In this document: positions 48,962 to 59,676 of the stretch, piece after piece | How the letters are laid out: each line of letters starts with the position of its first letter | Position numbering within the stretch: the first letter of the stretch is position 1 | From: a virus | Virus record (IMG/VR): IMGVR_UViG_3300033746_000013 | Length of the DNA stretch: 64,000 nt | Direction: 5' to 3' (one strand) | Position numbers and translations under genes: made by a program | The notes under the pieces: generated by a model | What the model was told of the DNA's origin: nothing | Database searches by the model: none | What the model saw: the letters and a program-made list of their open reading frames with translations, nothing else

Positions 48962-50830
48962 ATGAAAAATACTGCATACCAGAATTTAACTAAGTTTCTG
49001 AATATTAATACACATAACACTAGTGATGTTGAAAATAAAAAAAGAGTTATTATTAAAGGTAATTCTATTGAGGATGTAAAAAGAAAGGGTTTAGAATATG
49101 AACAACAAAAATCCATAAGAGATAGATTCTTTAGTAATATGGATCATGGTTTTCAAAAAGCCATGCAATATGAAGCTGCAAGATTACCAGCATATATTGA
49201 TTATGAGGGAATGGAATATTACCCTATAATTGGTAGTGCTTTAGATTTATATATGGAGGAAGCAACAAATGTTAATGATAAAGGGCAAATGTTAAATATT
49301 TATTCTAACAATGATAGAATAAAAAAATCGTTAGAAGATTTATTTTATAATGTTGTTAATGTTAATACAAATTTACCTTTTTGGGTTAGAAATACAGTAA
49401 AATATGGTGATAATTTTGTAAATGTTTTCGGTGTTAAAAAGGAGGGTATTGTTAGTGTACGCCAAATGGTGAACTATGATATTGAAAGGTATGAAAAGAT
49501 TGAAGATGGTAAACCTATTATTAGATTTAAAAACAGAACATCATCAGATTTATATAATGTTTTTGAAGTTTTACATTTTAGAATTTTAGGCGATGATAAA
49601 TATTTACCCTACGGAAGCTCAATATTAAACAAAGTTAGACGTGTATTTAGACAATTAATTTTAGCTGAAGATGCAATGTTAACATACAGGATTGTTCGTG
49701 CAGGAGATAGAAGAGTATATAGAATTGATGTTGGTAATATGGATGTTGATGATATTGAAGATTATATCTACAAAGTAGCAACAAAATTTAAAAAGAAACA
49801 AAATGTTGATTTTAATGATGGTCAAATAGATTACCGTTTTAATATATTGGGTAATGATGAAGACATTTTCCTACCTATGAGAAATGGTAATGCACAAACA
49901 GGTGTAGATACATTGGACGGTATGAAAACAACAGATATTCATGATATTGAGTATTTAAGGGATAATTTATTTACAGGTTTATCAATCCCAAAACCATTTT
50001 TAGGTTTCCAAGATGCTGCAGGTGATGGTAAAAATCTAGCACAACATGATATTAGATTTGGCAAAAAAATAATTCGTGTACAACAAGCAATGTTGCAAGA
50101 ATTGAATAAATTAGCTGTAATGCATCTATATCTACAAGGATTTAAAAGAGAAGATATATATGAATTTACATTATCTATGAATAACCCATCAACTCAGGAA
50201 GAAACACTTAGAACTGAATTGATGCAAGCAAAAACTAATTTATATGGTGATTTAACTAGAATTGAAGGTGGTATTGCTGCTATGTCACATACAAATGCAA
50301 AGAAATATATTTATAATATGTCTGATGAAGAAATCATATTAGATTTAAAACAACAAAAAATTGAACGTGCAGTTACACAAGAATTACAAGACGCACCATT
50401 ACATATTAAAAGGACTGGTGTTTTTGATGATATTGATAATTTATATTCTCAAAAAGAACCATTACATGATGTAGATAATCCTGAAGGTGGTGAAGATAAT
50501 GAAAATGAACCTGATAATGATGAAATAGGTGGTGATGAATTCCAATCTCCTTCTGATTTACCAGAACCAGAAGGTATTGGTGATTCATATAAAACTAATT
50601 TTGAAACATTATTAAGTGAATTACAAGATACAGCAAAAAACAATGAAAAAAATAAGCCGAAAAAATTAGGTATTGATTTTATCACAAAAAATAAAGAGTT
50701 GAATACAAAAACAAAAAAGATGATTTCTGAAATGGATAATATTATTGGTGATGATGTTAGTTTTAAAACTAAATCTGAAAATATTGACGAAATTATTGAA
50801 ATTGATGATATTGATGAACTAATTGTTTAA
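48962..50830 (+). CDS. portal protein (T4 gp20-like)
   Basis: KYGDNF, LAEDAMLTYRIVRAGDRRVYRIDVGNM, EDIFLP.R, DIEYLRD.LF..L.IPK. Confidence 0.92.
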   Translation: MKNTAYQNLTKFLNINTHNTSDVENKKRVIIKGNSIEDVKRKGLEYEQQKSIRDRFFSNMDHGFQKAMQYEAARLPAYIDYEGMEYYPIIGSALDLYMEEATNVNDKGQMLNIYSNNDRIKKSLEDLFYNVVNVNTNLPFWVRNTVKYGDNFVNVFGVKKEGIVSVRQMVNYDIERYEKIEDGKPIIRFKNRTSSDLYNVFEVLHFRILGDDKYLPYGSSILNKVRRVFRQLILAEDAMLTYRIVRAGDRRVYRIDVGNMDVDDIEDYIYKVATKFKKKQNVDFNDGQIDYRFNILGNDEDIFLPMRNGNAQTGVDTLDGMKTTDIHDIEYLRDNLFTGLSIPKPFLGFQDAAGDGKNLAQHDIRFGKKIIRVQQAMLQELNKLAVMHLYLQGFKREDIYEFTLSMNNPSTQEETLRTELMQAKTNLYGDLTRIEGGIAAMSHTNAKKYIYNMSDEEIILDLKQQKIERAVTQELQDAPLHIKRTGVFDDIDNLYSQKEPLHDVDNPEGGEDNENEPDNDEIGGDEFQSPSDLPEPEGIGDSYKTNFETLLSELQDTAKNNEKNKPKKLGIDFITKNKELNTKTKKMISEMDNIIGDDVSFKTKSENIDEIIEIDDIDELIV

Positions 50831-50882
50831 TTATTAGAATTAAATCAAAAAAACAACTATTTATATATAAAATTATATTTTT

Positions 50883-51668
50883 ATGACTGAAAGATATATC
50901 AATATTGGATATGTTAAAGATTTTTTAACCAAGAAACTCATTAATTCGTTAAATGAGGGTGTTCAAGATGATTATTATTATATTAATAAATTTATTGATA
51001 TAATATCTGAATCTGAGATTCTGAAAAAAGAATATGATTTATTTGAATCTTTATCAAATAATAAAATACCTAGTGAAATTGTGGCATCAAGATTTTTAGA
51101 TAAGTCAATCTCAATTTTTGAAAATTATACAAGAGAAGAAATTGATAATGCCCATTCTAAATTAGAGGAATTGTTGGATGAAACAATAACAATTAATCCA
51201 AAAAAAATAGAGTATTATAGAAATGTTTCAGATCTCATATACGAATCATTAAAAACAAATGAAAATACTAATACACATCTATTATTTGAATCTTTTAGTA
51301 ATGTTTTGTCTGTTATAACTAAGAATCAAAAAGAAGTAAAAGTAGAACCAAAAAAGATAGTTAATGAAAATGTTTTAAATATTGCAACTAACAAGTTTAA
51401 TGAGAAATATTCAAATTTGAGTGAAAGTGATATATCATTATTAAAGAAAATTGTTTCATCATCATATGATGAAAAAAAACAAATATATGAAGATTTTAAA
51501 CAAGAAAATTTAAATTTGTTAAATAATATGTTGGTTAACGAAGAATACCAAGATAAAACTCCTATTAATAATGCAATTCAAAATATAAACAGTTTTAACC
51601 TGAATGAGGAAACTGTTATTGATAATATAATTAAATTATATGAATTAAATAATGGGTTGAAAGAATAA
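50883..51668 (+). CDS. head-module hypothetical protein
   Basis: follows the portal gene, late motif, FNEKYSNL. Confidence 0.6.
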   Translation: MTERYINIGYVKDFLTKKLINSLNEGVQDDYYYINKFIDIISESEILKKEYDLFESLSNNKIPSEIVASRFLDKSISIFENYTREEIDNAHSKLEELLDETITINPKKIEYYRNVSDLIYESLKTNENTNTHLLFESFSNVLSVITKNQKEVKVEPKKIVNENVLNIATNKFNEKYSNLSESDISLLKKIVSSSYDEKKQIYEDFKQENLNLLNNMLVNEEYQDKTPINNAIQNINSFNLNEETVIDNIIKLYELNNGLKE

Positions 51669-51691
51669 AAGGTTGTATTGTACAACCTTTT
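51667..51691. terminator. bidirectional intrinsic terminator
   Basis: AAAAGGTTGTA-ttg-TACAACCTTTT. Confidence 0.7.
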
Positions 51692-51694
51692 ATT

Positions 51695-53194
51695 TTAATT
51701 ATTACTATAACCGAAAGACCTAATTACTTCTAATATTGCTGAATATATAGAATTAACATAATCTTCAAGTATTTTATCATTATCTAATAATAATCTATCA
51801 GCTAAATTGTCCATAAATAAAAATTCAATTAATACACCGGAATATTTTGGTTGTACTTTTTCTGTTCCTGCTAATACTGTAAAATTTTCTTCTTTATATA
51901 AATTACTATTTAATTGTCTCCATACTTGATTAGGAAAATCATTTATCAAGTGTTTAGCAAAAATATTACCAATTTGGATTTCTCTTTCTGTTGGATTTTT
52001 TTGTAAAAATAATTCATTACCAGTTCCACCACCTGCATTATTATGAAAAGATAATAAAATTGGAGTCGTAACCCCCATTGAAAATTGATTTGCTCTTTCC
52101 ACTCTATTAGTTAATCCTATTTCATAATTTTCTGTAACATTTTTTATATATGGTATATCTGTTCTATCTAATATATCAGCTAATCTATTAACAACTCTTT
52201 CAGAATATAACCATTCTGCAAAACCATTAATCACCCTATCTTCAACATCAATACCATGTGCTCTATCTAAAATAAATAATATTCTATGTTTATTCAATGA
52301 GTTTAAAATTGGTATGTTTGCTTTATATGCATCAAATTTATTTTTATCTAAATCCAAATTATAACCATAATATCTATTTATTGGTTTTATAATTGAAACT
52401 TCGTTATATTCATCTGCTAAAACAGCAAAAATTTTTTCAACATATTCCACACCTTCAACAATATATTTACCACCTTGATCATTTTTAACCTTATTAATAA
52501 TACCAACATATGAATCAGATTTATACGATGAACCTCTATTATAAGCAAATAATGTATTAGATGCTAAATTATAATTTCTATTAGCAATATATTTCATATA
52601 TCTGCACTGTGCTTTAATCATTAAATCAGGATTATTCATAGCATTCTGCAATAGTTGAAATCTATTTTCTCTAGGAATAAAAAATCTTGAATTTTGTGAT
52701 ATATATCTATCAGACCCTACTTGATAGGAAGACCTAATAAAGGGTTTATTGATATTGTATATAATTTTATTAATTTCTTCATCAGTAAAATATGGTTTAC
52801 TAATAAATCTATTTTTTACAATAACTTCATATATAGTACCAATTAAAAATTGTGAAATGCCCATAGCAGTACTATTATAATCAGCATAATTCCACGTCTT
52901 AAAACCTGACTCTGCAAATGCTTGTGCAGACAATATATTTGCATCTAAATCATACATCTCACCATAAAAATTATACAAATAAATTAAATAATCTATATAT
53001 TCAATATTATTTGTTATTTGTATACCATTATTATTAATTATATTTGCTTCCAATGTTATATTTCTATTATTTACATCATTAACAAATGGTATCTCGTAAT
53101 TATTTTTTCCTTTTATTAAACCATCAACACCATTTTTATCAGCAATTGAATACATAAATTCTTCACCCTTTTTTGTAATTTTTTTAAATCCCAT
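51695..53194 (-). CDS. two-domain peptidoglycan hydrolase: lytic transglycosylase (SLT) + Amidase_3
   Basis: AQAFAESGF, AMGISQF, AYNRG; LDRAHG, E, LSFHNNA, VLIEFLFMDN. Confidence 0.8.
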   Translation of the reverse strand: MGFKKITKKGEEFMYSIADKNGVDGLIKGKNNYEIPFVNDVNNRNITLEANIINNNGIQITNNIEYIDYLIYLYNFYGEMYDLDANILSAQAFAESGFKTWNYADYNSTAMGISQFLIGTIYEVIVKNRFISKPYFTDEEINKIIYNINKPFIRSSYQVGSDRYISQNSRFFIPRENRFQLLQNAMNNPDLMIKAQCRYMKYIANRNYNLASNTLFAYNRGSSYKSDSYVGIINKVKNDQGGKYIVEGVEYVEKIFAVLADEYNEVSIIKPINRYYGYNLDLDKNKFDAYKANIPILNSLNKHRILFILDRAHGIDVEDRVINGFAEWLYSERVVNRLADILDRTDIPYIKNVTENYEIGLTNRVERANQFSMGVTTPILLSFHNNAGGGTGNELFLQKNPTEREIQIGNIFAKHLINDFPNQVWRQLNSNLYKEENFTVLAGTEKVQPKYSGVLIEFLFMDNLADRLLLDNDKILEDYVNSIYSAILEVIRSFGYSNN

Positions 53195-53198
53195 ATAT

Positions 53199-56100
53199 TT
53201 AAATTTCTAAAGTTTCATCATTATTTGGATGCATTGAATTATATTTAGCTTCTTCAGGTAAATCATTAGCATCATATGAAATAAAATCATCATCAAAATT
53301 ATTAATATTATCCATTATGTCATCATTAATTTCACTATTAATACCCATTAACATACCAATCGATTTAGCAAAATCGGTTACAATTGGATTGGGGTATTTT
53401 AAAATTCTCACCCCATTAAATACAGTTTCCATATGATTTGGTGTTAATTTGTGTTCGACATTTAATACTATATATGATCCAGAAAATAATGGAATATTTT
53501 TAAGTTCAAAATAGTTTGTTGGTTGAATCATAGCATTACCTAGCATGTTTACTTTTACGGAGTATGCTCTATTTTCATATAAATTATATAAATTTTGTCC
53601 TTTTGGTATTGGTGTAGATTCACTTTCATCATTTGCTAAATTAGATAATATTGCTAATGATTCGTTTGTTTCTGGGTATTCTTTACTATCTATTTCAATA
53701 TCTTTAAATATTGATTGGTTTTGTCTACCATATTCAACTGTAAATGCATTAACCTCACCATATTTAACATTACTATCTATAACAGATTGATTACTATTCA
53801 TTCTTTCATAATCATCAGAACATCCTTGATCTCTAAAATCACTAACATCATTTAAATTTTGTAAACCATCATCTATAAAATCATTATTCGTATTCAATGA
53901 TGATGATGTACCACCAATATACATACAAACAAAAGCAGGGGATGTTACAACATTAGAATTTACATTATTATAAATTTTAAATGATTCCTCCCATTGATTA
54001 CCATCAAAAGACATGAAGTTTTGTAATGGAAAAAATTCAAAATTGTTTTGTGATAATAATCTGGATATTACAGTGAAAACATTAATATCAATATTTTGTT
54101 CCATATTAATTAGACTTTCAGCATTAATAATAGCTGCATCACCAATATCATTCATAGCTCTATCTACAAAAACAAATTTATCAATTAATTTACCTTTACC
54201 AATAAATGGGTATCCCTCATCAAGAAACCCTCGAACCCACTTATCAACAATATTCTTTATTGAATAATAAGTTTGAGTTTTTATATCATCATCGTCAATA
54301 CTTTCATAAAATTCTTTTTCTTCATTTTCAAAATCTTTCTTTTTATCTCTTAAATTTGATTTCAAATGCCTAAAAAATTCTTGAAAATATTTGTTAACTA
54401 TATTACTTTTATTATTATCTTCTATTAATTCTGAATATGTTTGATATGTTTCAACATTATTAGTTGACCAAGTATATTCAGAATTAACGACCATATATCG
54501 TCTTTCTGTTAAAACATTAATAATTTCAACATTATATACATTATCAGGATCTTCTAATAATTCATTTTTTTCATCTTCATCAATATTATTCAATTCTTTT
54601 AAATAATTTACAACTTCAGTATTGTTTAAGACACTTTCAAATTCATCAACAAATTTTACAATATCAGATTCTGTTAAATATGATTTAATTTTATCAATCA
54701 TATTCATTATTTTAATACTATTATTACCATTAGTACTATCACCATTATTAAATATAATACCACTATTTTCATTTATTTCATCATAATCTATTGAAAATAT
54801 TCCACCAACAAACAATATATAAAAATATGGTATATCATAAATTGCGCTTCTAAAATCAGAAATACTAATATCATTTATCTTACCGAAAATACTGACTAAA
54901 CTTAGTAATATTAATGAATTATTTAAATCACTATTTAATATATTTTGATTAATATTCAAAGTATCTATTATATATCTTAACTGATTTGTTTGTTGTTTTT
55001 CAGTGTTTGTTAATAAATTACTGCTCAAATAATTTACTCTATACCAATCAGCATACATTGTTGTATATTGATTCTCATCATATTTATAATCTGGAACAAT
55101 AAGGATATTATTTTTTGAATATTTTGGTTTAGTTTTTCCTAAAAAGAATTCTGTAAACCAATTTGGTGTATTATTTTCAATAAAATTATCAATAGGTGAA
55201 GTACCAAAATCATTCCTTACTGTTATTTGATTTTCAAATAAAATTTCAATACCAGTATAATCGTTATCATTTTTATCTATAACATATTTACCACTCGCAG
55301 TTGTTATTTTATTTTTGTTTTCATTAATATTAATTTTAGAATTAGTCATTAATTCGTTAAATTCTGAAAATTCCATGTTTAAAAATCTATCAATAATATT
55401 TTGTTCTGATATTGATAGTGATAAATTTAATGCTTCACTTTCAGAATATAATTCAATGTAATTATCATCAATTTCATTAAAAAATGTATTATATGATGTG
55501 TATTGAGATAGAATTAAAAAACGTTCATTTAAAATTTTAATAATATTTTCAACACTATTACCACCTTTGTTGATATAATTAAAATAAGGTGATGAATAAT
55601 TTAAAGATAATTTATTTAAATTACTATCCATTGGATTTATAGGTATCCACAGTATGTTTCCTTGAGTATCTACACTCATTTTAATATTTAATGGAATCTT
55701 TTCTCTTTTTATTTTTAAAAATACATCAATAAACCTATTAATGAAATCTGTTTCAGGAAAGGGATATGTTTTAAATAATGTATTTTTTGGATAAACTCTG
55801 ACTTCTGTTTCATTGCAATTACCCTCAACATGTTTTTTCTCCACAAATAATGGAAACGCATTAATTTTTTCAACATTTTGTTTATCCCTATAATTCGTAT
55901 GTGTTAATATTTTACCAAAATATTGTTGATGGTGATTTTCAGCATTATTTTTTACAGTGTTTAAAACTTTAAACATTTTATCAACATCATCACAAATAAT
56001 TTTAATAATATTCCTAACTGTTGGTTTAAACCCTAAATTTTCTTCAACAATACTATTAATTCTATTATTTAAATCATCTTGCAATATCTTTGTTTTATCA

Positions 56101-57263
56101 TTTAAAACATTGTATCGATCATAAACCCTTTTAAACGCTTTAGTTATATCTAAACAATTATTAAAATTAAATGTGTCATTCTGATAATTATTTAAATATA
56201 TTGAATTAATTCTAATATTTTTTATATCTGATGGATTAATAATATTATTAGCGTTGAGAATATTTTCACTCATTTCACCATATAAATTAATTTGAGTGTT
56301 TTGATTTATGATTATTAGTTTCGCATTATTTGAAACCACATTATTTCTACAATATTTTGTAAAAGAATTAACTGTACGTACTTGCTCATATTCATATTGG
56401 TCTGAATTATTTTTTACACCAATATAAAAAACAATATTATTTCTATATTTATTGTTTGATACAAAATTTTTACTATTTAAAAAATTTATAAATGTTAGAT
56501 GACTAGAAATTTCATCTTTATTACGTTCGATGTTTCTTATTTCATTTGTACTTTTAATATTCTTTTCGATTCTTTGATATATATTTTTCAATCTATATGT
56601 TAATTCATAAATTGATTTTGGTTCACTATTAACATTTAAATTTATATCTGGATTACTGTTATCTAATAATGAAATAATTTCAGCATATTTAAATAAAACA
56701 TCTGTTAACGGTGCAAATATATTAGCAATTAATTTTACAGTTATAATATAATTACCCGTTTTACTATCAAATCTAGTATTCTGTTTAGTTAAATGTAATG
56801 CATATTTTAGAGGTTTACCATAATACCCTTTAATAGTTAATTCGAATATGGGTGGTGGAAAATCATATAATACTGAATATGGTGATTTCTTACCTTTATT
56901 CATAAAATTCATACCTCTAATATCAACAAAATCAATTGTTACTTCTGGAATATAAGAACTATTTGTTTTAATATCTATATTAGTAATACCAAAACCTTCA
57001 TAATTATCATCACTAATTATTGTATTATTCGTCCATTTTGTTGTGTATTTTTTTGTGTTTGGGTTATAACCCATCATATTAACATTCATGCTATCAGTAG
57101 TGTCGATATTAACATATCCTTTAGCATTGAATATAATATTTGTTTTACTCTTCCTATAAGCCATCAAATTAACATATATCATTAATTCTTCTGGATTAGG
57201 TATTTTATTATTTAACTCACTATTAGTGATTACATCTAAAGGATTAAAAATATTTACACTCAT
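53199..57263 (-). CDS. large baseplate hub/tail protein
   Basis: FGITNIDIK..S.IPEV.I.FVDIRG, PPPIFELTIKGYYG, MLGNAMIQPTNYF.L.NIPLF.G.Y.V..VEH; next to the lysin. Confidence 0.55.
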   Translation of the reverse strand: MSVNIFNPLDVITNSELNNKIPNPEELMIYVNLMAYRKSKTNIIFNAKGYVNIDTTDSMNVNMMGYNPNTKKYTTKWTNNTIISDDNYEGFGITNIDIKTNSSYIPEVTIDFVDIRGMNFMNKGKKSPYSVLYDFPPPIFELTIKGYYGKPLKYALHLTKQNTRFDSKTGNYIITVKLIANIFAPLTDVLFKYAEIISLLDNSNPDINLNVNSEPKSIYELTYRLKNIYQRIEKNIKSTNEIRNIERNKDEISSHLTFINFLNSKNFVSNNKYRNNIVFYIGVKNNSDQYEYEQVRTVNSFTKYCRNNVVSNNAKLIIINQNTQINLYGEMSENILNANNIINPSDIKNIRINSIYLNNYQNDTFNFNNCLDITKAFKRVYDRYNVLNDKTKILQDDLNNRINSIVEENLGFKPTVRNIIKIICDDVDKMFKVLNTVKNNAENHHQQYFGKILTHTNYRDKQNVEKINAFPLFVEKKHVEGNCNETEVRVYPKNTLFKTYPFPETDFINRFIDVFLKIKREKIPLNIKMSVDTQGNILWIPINPMDSNLNKLSLNYSSPYFNYINKGGNSVENIIKILNERFLILSQYTSYNTFFNEIDDNYIELYSESEALNLSLSISEQNIIDRFLNMEFSEFNELMTNSKININENKNKITTASGKYVIDKNDNDYTGIEILFENQITVRNDFGTSPIDNFIENNTPNWFTEFFLGKTKPKYSKNNILIVPDYKYDENQYTTMYADWYRVNYLSSNLLTNTEKQQTNQLRYIIDTLNINQNILNSDLNNSLILLSLVSIFGKINDISISDFRSAIYDIPYFYILFVGGIFSIDYDEINENSGIIFNNGDSTNGNNSIKIMNMIDKIKSYLTESDIVKFVDEFESVLNNTEVVNYLKELNNIDEDEKNELLEDPDNVYNVEIINVLTERRYMVVNSEYTWSTNNVETYQTYSELIEDNNKSNIVNKYFQEFFRHLKSNLRDKKKDFENEEKEFYESIDDDDIKTQTYYSIKNIVDKWVRGFLDEGYPFIGKGKLIDKFVFVDRAMNDIGDAAIINAESLINMEQNIDINVFTVISRLLSQNNFEFFPLQNFMSFDGNQWEESFKIYNNVNSNVVTSPAFVCMYIGGTSSSLNTNNDFIDDGLQNLNDVSDFRDQGCSDDYERMNSNQSVIDSNVKYGEVNAFTVEYGRQNQSIFKDIEIDSKEYPETNESLAILSNLANDESESTPIPKGQNLYNLYENRAYSVKVNMLGNAMIQPTNYFELKNIPLFSGSYIVLNVEHKLTPNHMETVFNGVRILKYPNPIVTDFAKSIGMLMGINSEINDDIMDNINNFDDDFISYDANDLPEEAKYNSMHPNNDETLEI

Positions 57264-57373
57264 ACTTAATTATTAGTTTTTTATAAATAGAAATAATTTA
57301 ATTATCATAAATTTTTATGGTTAAAAGTACTATTTATATATGATAATAACAATATACCCAAAAAAAATATACG

Positions 57374-57727
57374 ATGTTTTTAACCATTATTAAAGAAGTA
57401 TTTGATTTAGAGGAAGCTGTCAGAAATAATGACATTATTGGTATATTAATTCTAATAATTATTATTTTATCTTCATTGACTGTTTATTTTTATAAATTAA
57501 ATACAAAAAATGAAAAAGAAAATAAAAAAGAGTTGGTGTCTTTACAAACAGAAATGTTAAATAAAGAAAAACAATCTGAAAAAGAATTAATTGATGTTTT
57601 AAATGGTGTTTCTACAATATTAAAAATGAGTGAACAAGCTGATAAATTCCAAACAGAAAAAATCATTGGATCAATAAAAAACTTAGAGAATAGGTTAATT
57701 GATAAATTAAATCAGTTAGAAAAATAA
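57374..57727 (+). CDS. single-TM coiled-coil membrane protein (holin-like)
   Basis: IIGILILIIIILSSLTVYFY then coiled coil; late motif. Confidence 0.45.
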   Translation: MFLTIIKEVFDLEEAVRNNDIIGILILIIIILSSLTVYFYKLNTKNEKENKKELVSLQTEMLNKEKQSEKELIDVLNGVSTILKMSEQADKFQTEKIIGSIKNLENRLIDKLNQLEK

Positions 57728-57758
57728 TTTTAGAATATTTATATTAAAGATTTAAATA

Positions 57759-59612
57759 ATGAATATATTAAAATACGGTCAAACAGGTACAGGAATTTTA
57801 ATTGAATATGATGCTGGATATATTAATAAAAATTTGAATAAATCAAATAAGTTAATTACAGAATCGTTTGATTTTAACTCTGATGAACCGATATTAATTA
57901 ATTGTATACTACAAAAATACGGAGTCCCTAATAGAAACAATAGAATTTATCCTGAAAAAATATTAAAAAATCAAGTTGAAATTTATCAGGAAGCTGTAGC
58001 TAATAATAGTGCTGTATCCGAAGCTGATCACCCAGAGTGTGTACAAGCTTCTAATTCTCAGATACTTACAGATGAAGGTTGGAAGTATTTTAGAGATATT
58101 TCTAATAATGAAAAAGTTTATACTTTGAATACAAAAACAAATAATGTTGAAGTTCAAGAAATATCAAAAAAAATATATCAAGAATATTCTGGTGTTATGT
58201 ATAAAATTACACATAGAAATATGGAAGCAACATTAACACCTAATCATAGAATTTTATTAGAAAAAAACAATAATAGATTTTATATTACTATTGAAGAATT
58301 ATATAATGATGAAAATATTATAAAATCAGGTAAATATAAAATATTAAAAATTGGTGATTGGGAAAGTGATAAGGATAATGATTATTTTATATTAAATGGT
58401 GTTAAAGATGATTATTTAGCATATAATTCTAAAAAAATATATCGTGAAGTTTTCACTAAAGATTTAAAAATTAATTCTGATGATTGGTTTTCATTTTTAG
58501 GAATATATTTGGCAGATGGGCATTGTGGTGGTACTGTTTGTAAAAAAGAAAGGTGTTCTGGTTTTGATGTAGTAATAACACAAAAAAAAGAAGAATCACA
58601 AAAAGAAATAGAATTATTATTAGATAGATTACCCTTTGAATATAGATATATTAATCATCATGGTAAAAAACAATATCATTTAAAAGATCCAAGATTATAT
58701 AATTATTTATATCGTTTGGGTAATTCATATGAAAAATATATACCATATGAAATAAAAAACACATCCAAAAAAAATTTAATAACTCTGTTAAAATGGTTTC
58801 AACTTGGTGATGGTAGAAAAATAAAAACACCGTATGGGACTATTAGAAATTCAGTATTTTCAACATCAAAAAAATTAATTCAGGATTTTAAAGAAATATT
58901 ATTAAAAATTGGATTAAGTGGTAATATAACCACATATACTCCAAAAGATCGTTTTATTAATGATGTTAGTTATGTTGATGGTAAAGAAATATTAACCGAA
59001 AGATTAATCAAAGCTGAAAATTCAAAGAAACAATATAATCTAAATATTTCAAAAAGAAAACATATATGGGTTGATAATAGAGGATTCAAAATAGAAAAAA
59101 TTGAAGTTGAGAATGAAATGATTGGTTGTGTTACTACACCTAATTCAAATTTTTATTTAATGGTAAATGGTAAATCTCATTGGACTGGTAATTCAACAAA
59201 TATTTCTTTATTAAATCTATCACATTTAATAAAGAAAATGTGGTGGGGAACAACTCCAGAAGATAAACATGTTCTATATGGTCAATTACGAATAATTGTG
59301 TCACCCGGATTTATAAAATATGGTATACCAACAATGATCGGTGATAAAATAATAGTTTATCTACAACATGATATTAGAATTGGTATTTCATCTAGAGGTG
59401 TTGGTTCTTTAAGTGAGGATAATGGTAAATATATAGTTGAAAACGATTTTGAATTAGTTGGTTTTGACTTAGTAGCAACACCTTCAACATTTGGTGCATA
59501 TTTATTTCCAAATAAAAATCAAATTCAAATGGGTGAAGATGTAATCAAAGAATACGATAAATTAATTAAAGAAGATAAAAAAATTAATGCAATAAACAAC
59601 TTTTTATTATAA
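57759..59612 (+). CDS. prohead protease (T4 gp21-like) with intein
   Basis: NRNNRIYP, EADHPE|..|S, SH, GISSRGVGS, FDLVATPSTFGA. Confidence 0.92.
   Translation: MNILKYGQTGTGILIEYDAGYINKNLNKSNKLITESFDFNSDEPILINCILQKYGVPNRNNRIYPEKILKNQVEIYQEAVANNSAVSEADHPECVQASNSQILTDEGWKYFRDISNNEKVYTLNTKTNNVEVQEISKKIYQEYSGVMYKITHRNMEATLTPNHRILLEKNNNRFYITIEELYNDENIIKSGKYKILKIGDWESDKDNDYFILNGVKDDYLAYNSKKIYREVFTKDLKINSDDWFSFLGIYLADGHCGGTVCKKERCSGFDVVITQKKEESQKEIELLLDRLPFEYRYINHHGKKQYHLKDPRLYNYLYRLGNSYEKYIPYEIKNTSKKNLITLLKWFQLGDGRKIKTPYGTIRNSVFSTSKKLIQDFKEILLKIGLSGNITTYTPKDRFINDVSYVDGKEILTERLIKAENSKKQYNLNISKRKHIWVDNRGFKIEKIEVENEMIGCVTTPNSNFYLMVNGKSHWTGNSTNISLLNLSHLIKKMWWGTTPEDKHVLYGQLRIIVSPGFIKYGIPTMIGDKIIVYLQHDIRIGISSRGVGSLSEDNGKYIVENDFELVGFDLVATPSTFGAYLFPNKNQIQMGEDVIKEYDKLIKEDKKINAINNFLL
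58038..59192 (+). mobile_element. contiguous intein with LAGLIDADG endonuclease in the prohead protease (385 aa)
   Basis: DHPE|CVQASN...TPNHR...LGIYLADG...QLGDG...GCVTT...HWTGN|STNI. Confidence 0.9.
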
Positions 59613-59676
59613 AAATTAAAAAAAGTTAGAATTTTTTATAAAATAATACTATTTATATTTAAACATAATTTTTGTT

